NCBI GenBank assembly: GCA_050633305.1
Contig: JBOEGF010000047.1
Location: 32,001-96,000 of the forward strand
Source of the DNA: Nannocystales bacterium
GTDB taxonomy: Bacteria > Myxococcota_A > Polyangia > Nannocystales > Nannocystaceae
Reading direction: 5' to 3'
DNA: 64,000 nt
This document shows, in pieces, positions 30,261 to 39,501 of this stretch. The translations under genes were made by a program, and so were the position numbers. The notes beneath the pieces are model-generated. The model was given only the letters and a program-made list of their open reading frames with translations, was not told where the DNA came from and did no database searches. Each line of letters opens with the position of its first letter. Within the stretch, counting starts at the first letter, position 1.

Positions 30261-30785
30261 ATGCCTCCCGCAAGACGGCTGCGCGCCAGTCTCCTCTTCT
30301 TGCTCGCCTCCACGCTCGGGACGGGCTGCGACCTCGGCACAAAACTCTGGGCAACCGAGGCCCTCGCCGGAGGTGCCCAGCCAGTCGCGGCACCGTGGGT
30401 CTCCCTGCAGCTCGCCTACAACCGCGGCACCGCGTTCAGCGTGTTCCCCAAGCTCGGGAACGCGCTGCCCATGATGGCCGTGCTTGCGCTGCTCATCTCG
30501 GTCGCCGTGGGGGTCTATGTATGGCGCAGCCGTCCCGATGGCATCACCACGTTCGCGCTGGGCAGTATCGTCGCTGGGGCGCTGGGCAATGGCTACGACC
30601 GCGCGTTTCGCAACGCGCCCGGTGGCGGGACCGGTGTGGTCGACTTTGTCTCGGTGCGACTGCCCGGGGGCTACGTCTGGCCGACGTTCAACGTCGCGGA
30701 CGTTCTGCTGGTCGTCGGCGTCGCAACACTCTTCGCGCTCAGCATCCGACGCCGTAGCGCTGCTCCCCAGGCGTCCACCGCCTGA
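30261..30785 (+). CDS. lspA: Lipoprotein signal peptidase II
   Basis: DLGTK, YNRGTAFS, GALGNGYDR, GVVDFV and WPTFNVAD. Confidence 0.92.
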   Translation: MPPARRLRASLLFLLASTLGTGCDLGTKLWATEALAGGAQPVAAPWVSLQLAYNRGTAFSVFPKLGNALPMMAVLALLISVAVGVYVWRSRPDGITTFALGSIVAGALGNGYDRAFRNAPGGGTGVVDFVSVRLPGGYVWPTFNVADVLLVVGVATLFALSIRRRSAAPQASTA

Positions 30786-30788
30786 GGC

Positions 30789-31754
30789 TCAGTCGATCGA
30801 CTTCACGCGTCGGTGGAAGCGAGCCACGATGTTCGGGTCCGGCGTGAGCGTGATCTGGGCATTCTCTTTTCCCTTGTAGGGAAACAGGCTGAGGATGTGC
30901 CGAATCGCGGCGAGCCGAGCACGCTTCTTGGAGTTCGCCTTGACGATGACCCACGGGCTGAAGGACGTGTGCGTCCGCGCGAACATCTCCTCTTTGTAGC
31001 GGGTGTACGTATCCCACAGGTCCTGGGCGCGATCGTCGACAGGACTGAGCTTCCACTGTTTGAGGGGGTTCTTCCGTCGGGCCTCAAAACGAGATTTCTG
31101 CTCGTCCTTGGAGATCGAGAACCAGAACTTGACCAAGTTCAGACCATCCTCGTAGAGCATGTGCTCAAACTCGGGAACCTGCCGCACGAAGGTGTCGTAC
31201 TGCGCTTGTTTGCAGAACCCGTTCACGGGCTCGACCACCGCGCGGTTGTACCAACTGCGATCGAAGAACACGATCTCGCCGGGATTGGGAAGCTGCCGGG
31301 TGTAGCGCTGGAAGTACCATTGCCCCTGCTCTTCGTCGGTGGGCTTCGGCAACGCGACGACTCGCATGGAGCGAGGGTTGAGATGTTCGGTGAATCGCCG
31401 AATCGTGCCGCCCTTTCCGGCGGCGTCGCGCCCCTCGAACAAGATGGCGATGCGCAGACCCTTGTCTTGAACCCACCGCTGCAGCTTCACCAGCTCGACC
31501 TGAAGCTGGCTGAGTTCTTCCTCGTACTGAAGCACGGAGACCACCTTCTTGAGGTTGATGTCTCGATGCCGCAGCAGCGCGATCAGGCCATCCCGCGACG
31601 TGACGCGCGAGAGTTCATCGTGTGTCAGCGGTGCCTTCCGCTTCTTCTTGGACACGTCGAGGATCCCGTCCTCGTCTTCGCTGGCCACTATCGTGGCAAG
31701 GACCTCTTCGGGAGCCCCTGCCTGTCCTCGCTTGCTCGCCGTGCTCTTCCCCAT
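30789..31754 (-). CDS. ppk2: Polyphosphate kinase 2
   Basis: LQVELVKLQRW, FEGRDAAGKGG, QWYFQRY, FFDRSWYNRA and KQWKLSPVD. Confidence 0.95.
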   Translation of the reverse strand: MGKSTASKRGQAGAPEEVLATIVASEDEDGILDVSKKKRKAPLTHDELSRVTSRDGLIALLRHRDINLKKVVSVLQYEEELSQLQVELVKLQRWVQDKGLRIAILFEGRDAAGKGGTIRRFTEHLNPRSMRVVALPKPTDEEQGQWYFQRYTRQLPNPGEIVFFDRSWYNRAVVEPVNGFCKQAQYDTFVRQVPEFEHMLYEDGLNLVKFWFSISKDEQKSRFEARRKNPLKQWKLSPVDDRAQDLWDTYTRYKEEMFARTHTSFSPWVIVKANSKKRARLAAIRHILSLFPYKGKENAQITLTPDPNIVARFHRRVKSID

Positions 31755-31847
31755 TGAGAAGATCAGTGTGACGCCACCGCCCGACTCTCGTTCCGCAAAT
31801 GCTGCGTCAGGCCCAACAAGGGACGCCCCAGTAGACCTGGGCCGCCC

Positions 31848-33680
31848 CTAACGCATACGTCGCTCGAGACGACGCGCGGTGTCTTCGAGGACCGCCCGGT
31901 ACGTTGGCGGAACCAACTCCACCTGGTGTCGCAGGTACGGCAGCAACTCGGAGTTCGTCAGCTCGCGGAGCGCGTGAAGGGCCAGTTCGGCGAACACCTT
32001 GTCGTTCTCGCGCAAACGGTCACACAAAAACTCCAGCGCGGGCGCGGTGTTGATCTTGCCGATCGCTCGAACGGCAGCCGTGCGCGCTTTCTCGGCATCG
32101 GGCAGGTCCCGCATGGAGAAGATGCGACGCAAGGGCTCGAACGCATGCGGAAACACGAGCCGGGTGGTCGAAGCGGCAGCCGCCTCTCGAACGTCGGAAT
32201 CGTCGTCGCGCAAGGCCTCACCGACCAGCGCGAACGACCGCTTGAAACGCAGGCTGCCCATCGCAGCACCCACGGCCTCCCGGATGTTCGCATCTGGGCT
32301 CAGGTAGAGCCGCTCGAGCGCCGCGATCACGGGATAGGCACGGATCGACTCCAGACGACGAATCACGTCCACCGCGGGGGCATCACCGCCGCGTCGTTCG
32401 AGGTCCAACACCAACAGCAGCGCGTGTCGCCGCACGAAGTCGGGGAAGCGACGATCCGCCATCACCCCCGCAGCGATCAGCCCGGGGTCGCCCTCGAGTT
32501 CCCACTCCGCGAGGTCCACGTACCAGACCTCCTCGTACTCAGGGAGTTGCTTGAGGAACTCTGGAACGGGCACAGGCCGTGGCGCGTCCTGCTGCTCATT
32601 GCCCAGGCGGTCGACGAGTCGGCGGTAGCGTTCGCGAACCTTGGTGGGCAACTCCAGCGCCGAGAGTCGCCCGTACACCTCGACCACCTGTCGATACGCC
32701 CGAACCGACGCGAAACCTTCGGACGCGGCCAGGAAAGCGTTCTCGACCATCTGCAGGGGATGCGAGGCCGCTTGCGCCTCGGCGGCCGTCTTCACCCATG
32801 CCTCCGCACTGCGCAGTCGAAGGTCATCCGCATACGGAAGACCCGCGCGGGTGCAGTAGTCGGCCGCCTCCCGCAGAATCCCCGCGGCGGCGTGGTGCTC
32901 TCCGGCCCGTCTCGCCAGGGTCACCAGAGCTTCGTAGAGCCGAAGGGCGTCGAGCTTGAGGCCGTCGTTGCGGAGGATACGGACGCTGTTGAGGTACCCC
33001 TCGGCGATGTTCTCGAACGCTCCGGCTTCGGCCCCGATCCGCGCCAGCAGCTGGTAGCAATCGAAGGCGCGTTCGCGCAGCCCTTCGGTCTCGAACCAGT
33101 CGGCGACCTCTTCGACCGCCGTCGTCGCGTCCGCGAGCGCGCTGCGGGCCCGCTCGTGCTTGAGACGAAGCAAGCACAGGCCGTAGTTGATCTTCGCCAA
33201 TGCGAGTTCGTACTTGCGGTCGCGAAGCTCGTCGGAGGTCATGATGACCTGCCACAACTCCGAAGCGGCCGCGTCGTCCCCGGCTCGTTCGAGGGCAATG
33301 GCCTGATGAACCGGCATTCGGGCAGCGGCGAACCACTGCGCAGCTGCGGCGTGGTGCCCCGCCCGGGCCATGTAGATGCCCTGCAAACGCATCCCCCGAA
33401 GCGCCCCCTCATCCCCCGCCTCGACGTTCGTGACGGCCGCTGAGAACGCCTCGGTCGAGGGGACCTCGGTCGCGCCCAGGTACGCAGTGCAGCCGGCCGC
33501 TTCACGCCAATGGGCAAGCGCGCGGAGGCTCTCCCCCATCGCACGCAGCCATTCTTCGTACTCGAAGTCGATGCGGTCGACGACCTCGACCAAGTGCCGC
33601 AGGTGGACGAGCGCGTCTGCGTGGCGACCCGCCCGGATGTTGGCCTCGGCCCGGACCCACAGCACCGCGGTATCGATCAC
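31848..33680 (-). CDS. TPR/SNAP-like helical repeat protein with C-terminal HEAT repeats
   Basis: All-helical, with repeats such as AAQWFAAA, AFDCYQLL and AAGILREAADY. HEAT-like DANIREAVGAAMG, DDDSDVREAAA and ARTAAVRAIGKI. 4-bp overlap with the vWA gene. Confidence 0.8.
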   Translation of the reverse strand: MIDTAVLWVRAEANIRAGRHADALVHLRHLVEVVDRIDFEYEEWLRAMGESLRALAHWREAAGCTAYLGATEVPSTEAFSAAVTNVEAGDEGALRGMRLQGIYMARAGHHAAAAQWFAAARMPVHQAIALERAGDDAAASELWQVIMTSDELRDRKYELALAKINYGLCLLRLKHERARSALADATTAVEEVADWFETEGLRERAFDCYQLLARIGAEAGAFENIAEGYLNSVRILRNDGLKLDALRLYEALVTLARRAGEHHAAAGILREAADYCTRAGLPYADDLRLRSAEAWVKTAAEAQAASHPLQMVENAFLAASEGFASVRAYRQVVEVYGRLSALELPTKVRERYRRLVDRLGNEQQDAPRPVPVPEFLKQLPEYEEVWYVDLAEWELEGDPGLIAAGVMADRRFPDFVRRHALLLVLDLERRGGDAPAVDVIRRLESIRAYPVIAALERLYLSPDANIREAVGAAMGSLRFKRSFALVGEALRDDDSDVREAAAASTTRLVFPHAFEPLRRIFSMRDLPDAEKARTAAVRAIGKINTAPALEFLCDRLRENDKVFAELALHALRELTNSELLPYLRHQVELVPPTYRAVLEDTARRLERRMR

Positions 33681-35155
33681 GAGCGACGACCTCCACCAGG
33701 CCGTGTCGAACGCCTCTTGGCGCGCCCACCATCGAGGTCGCTTTGGACCTCAGCGATGATCTGCCGGGCCTTGTGAGCGCGGCGCCCATGCGAGATGGCG
33801 TCGGAATCGATGACGTGGACCCTGTGTAGCGAGTCGAGATACGGCAGTTCCAGGGGCCCGCTGGGCAGGATGAACACCCCGTAGACCGGCGCCCGGGTGC
33901 TGAGCAGCGCCAGCTCGTCGGGTGGGAGCTGACACTCGCCGTGCGTGAGCAGGTAGACCAGCGACTGACCTTCCTTGCGCCGCGGCGTCGCGAGTTCGCT
34001 GTTGAGTTGCCGGATCACGCGGGCGTAGTTGCGACCGCGCTCCGCCCGAAACTGCAGCGCGTACGGGACCTCGGCGCTGCCCGTCCCGCTGACCTTCACC
34101 CCTTCGTACAGGCGTGAGTCAAAGAACCGCAGGCTTACATCCTCACCCAGCATCGCCAGCCGCTTGCACAGCGCCAGTGCAAGCCCCCGAGCGAACACCT
34201 CACGAACCCCGCGCATCGAGGCGGACCCGTCGACCAGCACCTGATGACGGCGCCGCTCGTTGTCCATCTGCTTCTCGTGCGTGAAGTAGAACAGCTCGTT
34301 GTCGACCAGCCGTTGCTCGAACACATCCTCGTCGTAGGCGAGCTGCGTGAGCACCAGGTCATCGAGGTTGCCGCGCCGCTCGATCGACGCGTACCCGTCG
34401 ATCGAGAAAGACTGCTGCCCGCCCTCGCGCCGAACCTCGAGGATGCTGGGAAGCAACTCCATCGAGAAGTCGACAACGTCGGCCAAGGACGGCGAGATGA
34501 TGACGTTGTATAGGTCGGCCAGATCGATCCCCGGCAACGCATCACCGCCGCGGAACAGCCCCAGCAACCGCAGCGCGTCGAGGTCGACCTGCTCCACCTC
34601 GAGGATCGGAAGCAGCCGATGCGTCGTCATCGTGCCCAGCCAGGCATGAGCCTCGCTCTGGTCGTAGCGGCCCCACGCGGAGGTGGGCTCGACCCGGGCG
34701 TACTGCACCACATCGACGGGAAGCATCGTCGGTTTGAGCACCCGAAGGTCTTCGGGAAGCTGCGGAATGATGGTGGAGAACACCCGAGCCAGAACCACGC
34801 CCACCATCGCGTCGCGGTGTTTCCATCCTGCTTGGGTCCGCACGAGCTCGGACTCCCCCAGCTCCAGCAACAACCGGCGCCAGGCCTCACAGACCTCCGG
34901 GTCCCCCAGTCCGCGGACCTGTCCAGCGGGTTTTCCCAGACCCGCGATCAAGCACCCAAGGTCGTGCACGACGACCAACGGGACCGCGTAGCCAAGTCGC
35001 CCCAGGGCGTTGTGCCAGGCCACTGCCCGCATGAGCGCGAGGGCACCGGTGCCCTCGAGCTGCGACATGGCCATCGTCCCGACCTGCCGTTCGAATCCGG
35101 GGCCGGGTCCAGGTCCGGAGCCTGTGTCCGGCCCACCAGCGGTGTCGCGCGCCAT
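33677..35155 (-). CDS. vWA domain protein (MoxR partner)
   Basis: MIDAS VLVDGSASMRG, LRFFDS and VYLLTHG. The preceding GYASIERRGNLDDLVLTQLAYDEDVFEQRLVDNELFYF segment resembles the one in MoxR-associated vWA proteins. Confidence 0.85.
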   Translation of the reverse strand: MARDTAGGPDTGSGPGPGPGFERQVGTMAMSQLEGTGALALMRAVAWHNALGRLGYAVPLVVVHDLGCLIAGLGKPAGQVRGLGDPEVCEAWRRLLLELGESELVRTQAGWKHRDAMVGVVLARVFSTIIPQLPEDLRVLKPTMLPVDVVQYARVEPTSAWGRYDQSEAHAWLGTMTTHRLLPILEVEQVDLDALRLLGLFRGGDALPGIDLADLYNVIISPSLADVVDFSMELLPSILEVRREGGQQSFSIDGYASIERRGNLDDLVLTQLAYDEDVFEQRLVDNELFYFTHEKQMDNERRRHQVLVDGSASMRGVREVFARGLALALCKRLAMLGEDVSLRFFDSRLYEGVKVSGTGSAEVPYALQFRAERGRNYARVIRQLNSELATPRRKEGQSLVYLLTHGECQLPPDELALLSTRAPVYGVFILPSGPLELPYLDSLHRVHVIDSDAISHGRRAHKARQIIAEVQSDLDGGRAKRRSTRPGGGRRS

Positions 35156-35182
35156 GAAGGAGCAATCAGAAGGAGAGAACCG

Positions 35183-36415
35183 TTAGACGAAGCGACTGGA
35201 GGCGAACATCGTCTCCAAGAGCTTGTCGACTTCACCGATCATGCGGCCGGCCGTGGGGTTGTCGGGCATGCGGGTGAGCGCAGCTTTGATGTCTCCGAGG
35301 TTTCGCAGCTGGCTGAACAACTGCATGTCCGAGAGCACCTCACTGCTGGTGAGGGTCTCGCGGATGACCTTGAGTTCTTCGAGGAGGTCGCTGAGGTTGG
35401 TCGGCGTAGCGCCGATCCGGGCCTGATCAGGGTGCTGCTCGTACCACTGGTCGAGCACGGGACCGACGATCTCTTGGAGGATTTCCTCCTGCTCGGGCGT
35501 GTTCCACACGTGGCGCAGCACGAAGAAGTCGCTGTCGTTGACCTTTGTTCGACCGTCGAACACGGCCGACGCTGCGAACAGCTTGAGCATCTTGACGATC
35601 CGGCGGTCGGACAGGCCGAGGCCCTCGGAGCGAATCTGAAATGCGAGGCCCTTGAAGGTGGCCAGGAACTCCTCGTTGAACGACAGCAGGTTGCCAAAGT
35701 TGCGCTGCAGCGAGCGGAGTTCGGCCGCCGTGACCACGGGGGTGAGCGCCTTGGAGTCGGGGTCCATGCCCCGTGCCTCCAGCTCGATGCCTTTTTGGAG
35801 CAACCCTCGGAAGTGATACGAGTCGAGGTAGTCGACACGCACCCGCAACAAGAAGCGGTCGAACAATGCGGAGAGCGCATCGTCGGTCGGCACCTCGTTG
35901 CTCGCGGCGAACATCGAGATCAGCGGCACCCGAATCGACTGGTTGCCATGGGTGAAGCGCCGTCCGTTGAGGACCGTCAACAAGCTGTTGAGAATGGCGC
36001 TGTTGGCCTTGAAAATCTCGTCGAGGAACACGACCTCGGACTCGGGCAGCATCGCCTCGGTCCGACGACGATACGACCCCTGCCGGAACGCCTGAATGTC
36101 GACCGGTCCGAAGATTTCGTTGGGCTCGGTGAATCGGGTGAGGAGGTAGTCGAAGTACTCCGCCTCGATCACCTGAGCGAAGCCACGGAGCAATGCCGAC
36201 TTGGCCGTGCCCGGAGGACCGACCATCACCAGGTGCTCGCCGGCGAGCGCACTGACGAAGAGGAGCCGAATGATCTCCTCCTTGCCCAGAAACTGTTGTT
36301 CGAGCTGACGCGCTCCGTCTTGGAGTCGTCGTGCGAGGTCCGGGATCGAAGGGGGATTCGAGGGCGCGGGCGCGTTGCCGGGCGGCGGCGGCGCGGGTGA
36401 CGGCTGCGTCATCAC
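35183..36415 (-). CDS. MoxR-family AAA+ ATPase (RavA-like)
   Basis: Walker A GPPGTAKS, YLLTRFTEPNEIFGP, Walker B FLDEIFKANSAILNSLL, AASNE, ALFDRFLLR and LSDRR. Confidence 0.93.
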   Translation of the reverse strand: MMTQPSPAPPPPGNAPAPSNPPSIPDLARRLQDGARQLEQQFLGKEEIIRLLFVSALAGEHLVMVGPPGTAKSALLRGFAQVIEAEYFDYLLTRFTEPNEIFGPVDIQAFRQGSYRRRTEAMLPESEVVFLDEIFKANSAILNSLLTVLNGRRFTHGNQSIRVPLISMFAASNEVPTDDALSALFDRFLLRVRVDYLDSYHFRGLLQKGIELEARGMDPDSKALTPVVTAAELRSLQRNFGNLLSFNEEFLATFKGLAFQIRSEGLGLSDRRIVKMLKLFAASAVFDGRTKVNDSDFFVLRHVWNTPEQEEILQEIVGPVLDQWYEQHPDQARIGATPTNLSDLLEELKVIRETLTSSEVLSDMQLFSQLRNLGDIKAALTRMPDNPTAGRMIGEVDKLLETMFASSRFV

Positions 36416-37584
36416 GCAGGTTTTACGATGGCGGGGACAAGGCCGGCTAGCAGATTCTCGACCGCCGCCTTCGGCACCAGCTCAGCGACGTGATCGAGGT
36501 ATTCGGTCCACAGGCGATTGGCTCCCGCCTCGAAGCTCTCCAGTCCCAAACCGGCACCCCGTACCGCCGTGCCGGACAACGGCGATCCTAGCCGCGAACG
36601 CAGGGCGGGCAGGAGCAGCGGTAGGGCCAAGAACGCCAGGACCCCCGGGTCACGGCTGCCCAGCGCCAGTCCCAACCGAGCGTCAAACTCCAGCACTTTG
36701 AGGAAGTGAAGGTGGATCAGCGACCCTACGAGCGCGCTGAGAGACTCGGGGTCCGAGGCGGGTACCGCACCGGGAAGCGCGAGCATGCCTCCGGGGCGTG
36801 CGGGCAGAGGCGCCGTGGGCTTGGGTGCAACCGAGGGAAGCAGCGCCGACATCACCGCCCCACCGACCTGAATCCAGTCTTTTCCTTGCGCCCAACGGTA
36901 GACGATCGCCCGGGCCAAGCCGCGCTCGCGAAGCGCGTCTGTGGCGAGCAAGGGGGACCAGCCCGAGGGTGCTCGGCGCGGCTCGAGTAGACACGTGAGC
37001 GGCGAGGCCCGGAGCGCATCGTCGATCAGACGTCCTGCCTCCGGTGCGTGTGGCAGCGTCAGCCAGGAATGCGTCTCACGCGCCGTCCCCAAGGACGGAC
37101 CGCCGAAGAATCGGCGCGGTGGCTCTTGCCCGGCGAACCGATGCTCACCACTGGCGTTGACCAGGACCGTGTCGGTGCGTTGCGACCCGAGGAATGCCCC
37201 CACGGTCACGTGCCGAGCAACGGCAGCACCGACGGAACTCGGAAACGGGAGCGTGAGGAGCGTGCGGGTGGCTCCCTCGACCCGGCGCCAGACGCTTGCG
37301 CGACTCCAAACCCTGGACCGGTCGGGATGATCGAACGCGAACGTGTTGTGCAGCCCCATCCACAACGAGAGTTCTTCGTCATCGGGCTCGGGCAACGCGG
37401 GGTGCGGCGTGAGTTCTTGGGCCCGGCGTAGCCGGAGGTACGCGAGCGCGGACCCAGCCTGGCTCACGTCACCAAGCCACTGGTCGCGCTCCCGCGTTCG
37501 CAGCGGTCGGCCCACGTGCACCGCGCCTCCGCCGAGCAACGGCAGGATGAAACCACGGAGGAATTGGTCGAACGTTGCCGGCAC
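36412..37584 (-). CDS. Hypothetical protein of the MoxR-vWA operon
   Basis: Long ORF whose stop overlaps the MoxR start and which begins 9 bp after the upstream gene's stop. No recognised motif. Confidence 0.75.
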   Translation of the reverse strand: MPATFDQFLRGFILPLLGGGAVHVGRPLRTRERDQWLGDVSQAGSALAYLRLRRAQELTPHPALPEPDDEELSLWMGLHNTFAFDHPDRSRVWSRASVWRRVEGATRTLLTLPFPSSVGAAVARHVTVGAFLGSQRTDTVLVNASGEHRFAGQEPPRRFFGGPSLGTARETHSWLTLPHAPEAGRLIDDALRASPLTCLLEPRRAPSGWSPLLATDALRERGLARAIVYRWAQGKDWIQVGGAVMSALLPSVAPKPTAPLPARPGGMLALPGAVPASDPESLSALVGSLIHLHFLKVLEFDARLGLALGSRDPGVLAFLALPLLLPALRSRLGSPLSGTAVRGAGLGLESFEAGANRLWTEYLDHVAELVPKAAVENLLAGLVPAIVKPA

Positions 37585-37593
37585 TGCCGAGTC

Positions 37594-39174
37594 CTACTGT
37601 CCGGGTCCTCGCTCGTCGTCCCGACCCATGACCGGGGCCTGCCCCCCGAATCCCCACAGGGCAAAACGACCGAGCTTCTCGTTGCGGATCGAGCCCGCGG
37701 TCAAAGCCGGCGCCGACGGGTCCACAACCTGAGCATCTTCCAACGTCAAGCGGCCGATCAGAGCCGCGTCCAACGGCAGCAACTGATCCGGCCCGACGCG
37801 GATCGGGGCCTTGTCGGGTCCGAGGAACAACGCGTGGTCCTCAGGCCCCAAGCCAAGAAGCTGCCGGAGCAGCGTTGGGCGGACGCGCGGCCACAGCTCG
37901 TACCCCTCGGGCAGCAAGACACCGGGGGCCGCCTCGCCCAAGCGCTGCCCCAGCGGCACGATGACCCCTGCCCCGATGCCCGCGGCCGAGGCCGCGGTTC
38001 GAGGTCCGAGGGACGACCCGGTGAGGACGACGACACCTTCGTCCAGCGGGACGACACGTGAGGCGGCGAGGGCACTGGGTGGGATCAGGTAGACGAGATT
38101 CCGCAGCAGGGCGACCTGCGACCAGGCGATCAGCGTGCCGCGAGGTTCCTTGGGCGCCGTCGTGGCACGCACCTGAAGCTCGACTCGCAACGGGGCCAGT
38201 TCGGCATCGCGCAGCTGCCCGACCTCTCGCAGCTGGTTGACCCCCGTCGATTCGACGAGGTGGCGACCATCGACGAAGCGTGGAGGGCCACCGAGGCGCT
38301 CGACCCGACCCACGCGCCCCCGGAACAGGAACATCTCCTCCCCGGGAAAACAGCTCTGGGCGGAGGACAGTGAGATCGCGTGTCGGTAGCCGATCTCGAC
38401 CGCAGCCCGAGAGCTGACGGGTGCGAACAGATCGATTCCCGGAATGCCCGCGAGCACGTCCAGGGTCCGGGGCTCGGGCTGACGAAGCCGAAGCAACAGG
38501 CTGGGCCGTGCGTCGCTCTCGAGCTGCACGTAGTAGCCGGCCATCGGCACCTCGGACTGCCACAGGTACCGCAGCACCCGCTCGGCGAGCCCGGCGGAGA
38601 CGAGGACCAGCGCCATCTCCCGCATGCCGAGCAGCTCCGAGTCGCGGGACACCCCGCCCAACGGCATCGGCATCGGGCGCAGCTGCAAGCGCTGGATCAG
38701 CTCGACCGGATCGATCCGGTCCAACGTTTGGTACCGCGCCATGTGGGTTGGCTCGACCACGGTCACGTCGTCGCCCGAGGGCACGATCGGCTCCACGACG
38801 TCGTAGCCGAACGGCGCATCGCGCTCTCGCCAGCGAAGGAACACCGAGCCGGCGCCCGAATACAGCTCGCCCCGCGCGGCCATGCACAACCGGGAGATCC
38901 GGTCGACAGCATAGCCATCCCCGGCACCACACCGCATCAGCATCGCGTGTCCGCCACCTTCACGGCGCGCGTGCTCCAACGTCATCGTTGGGATGAGTTC
39001 GTCGAGGCTGGCCTCGTCGCTGTACGCCCCGAGAAAGGAGACCAGCCAGTCGATCGAGCCGAACACCAGGAGGAGTTCCCGACCCACGGCGATTCCGCGG
39101 GCGTCGGGCGCCAGGCCTTGCATTCGGAATCGCGTTTGTCCCGCCGCAACGGGCTCGAGCAGGGCTGAAGCCAC
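37594..39174 (-). CDS. Hypothetical protein, first gene of the MoxR-vWA operon
   Basis: Coding-like from GTG 39174 (alternative ATG 39123). Extended -10 TGcTAGTAT lies 8 nt upstream. The ORF-track extension to 39735 is antisense to the FHA gene. Confidence 0.75.
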   Translation of the reverse strand: MASALLEPVAAGQTRFRMQGLAPDARGIAVGRELLLVFGSIDWLVSFLGAYSDEASLDELIPTMTLEHARREGGGHAMLMRCGAGDGYAVDRISRLCMAARGELYSGAGSVFLRWRERDAPFGYDVVEPIVPSGDDVTVVEPTHMARYQTLDRIDPVELIQRLQLRPMPMPLGGVSRDSELLGMREMALVLVSAGLAERVLRYLWQSEVPMAGYYVQLESDARPSLLLRLRQPEPRTLDVLAGIPGIDLFAPVSSRAAVEIGYRHAISLSSAQSCFPGEEMFLFRGRVGRVERLGGPPRFVDGRHLVESTGVNQLREVGQLRDAELAPLRVELQVRATTAPKEPRGTLIAWSQVALLRNLVYLIPPSALAASRVVPLDEGVVVLTGSSLGPRTAASAAGIGAGVIVPLGQRLGEAAPGVLLPEGYELWPRVRPTLLRQLLGLGPEDHALFLGPDKAPIRVGPDQLLPLDAALIGRLTLEDAQVVDPSAPALTAGSIRNEKLGRFALWGFGGQAPVMGRDDERGPGQ

Positions 39175-39182
39175 GGCGCAGG

Positions 39183-39191
39183 ATACTAGCA
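39183..39191 (-). promoter_or_regulatory. Extended -10 element for a probable leaderless MoxR operon transcript
   Basis: Minus strand reads TGC-TAGTAT-CCTGCGCC-GTG. Confidence 0.45.
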
Positions 39192-39501
39192 GCCCGAGGT
39201 GAAACCCGGCGGGGCGGATCCCAAAGGATTTTCGAGCCCCGCGGCGAGAGTCGAAACCGCGACGAATGAGGTGTCCTGCGAGGTTTGGGGACGCGCGGAG
39301 GCACAAAACGGCACGGGCGACCCCCTGCTGTGCTCGCCGAGTCGACCTGCTCGTCCGTCCTCGTTGCCCCCTGCCCGTGTCGGCACGCCGTTGGACTGCT
39401 AAGATCGCATCCGGAGGCACAGGCCCCTGTCGCGAGGAAACGACCCGCTCACTCACCCGGAAAACGCGCTCGCTCGGCTGGACCCCACCGGTCGTGCGCG
39501 G

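Noticed and set aside
30261..30785. lspA as an antibiotic (myxovirescin-type) self-resistance gene
   Set aside because: No PKS/NRPS cluster in the window; the neighbouring crotonase looks like a fatty-acid degradation enzyme.
34619..36400. 593-aa + strand ORF (similarly 15786-17657, 23761-25710, 31926-33443, 61243-63018)
   Set aside because: Each lies opposite a gene with clear motifs and has no independent coding signal.
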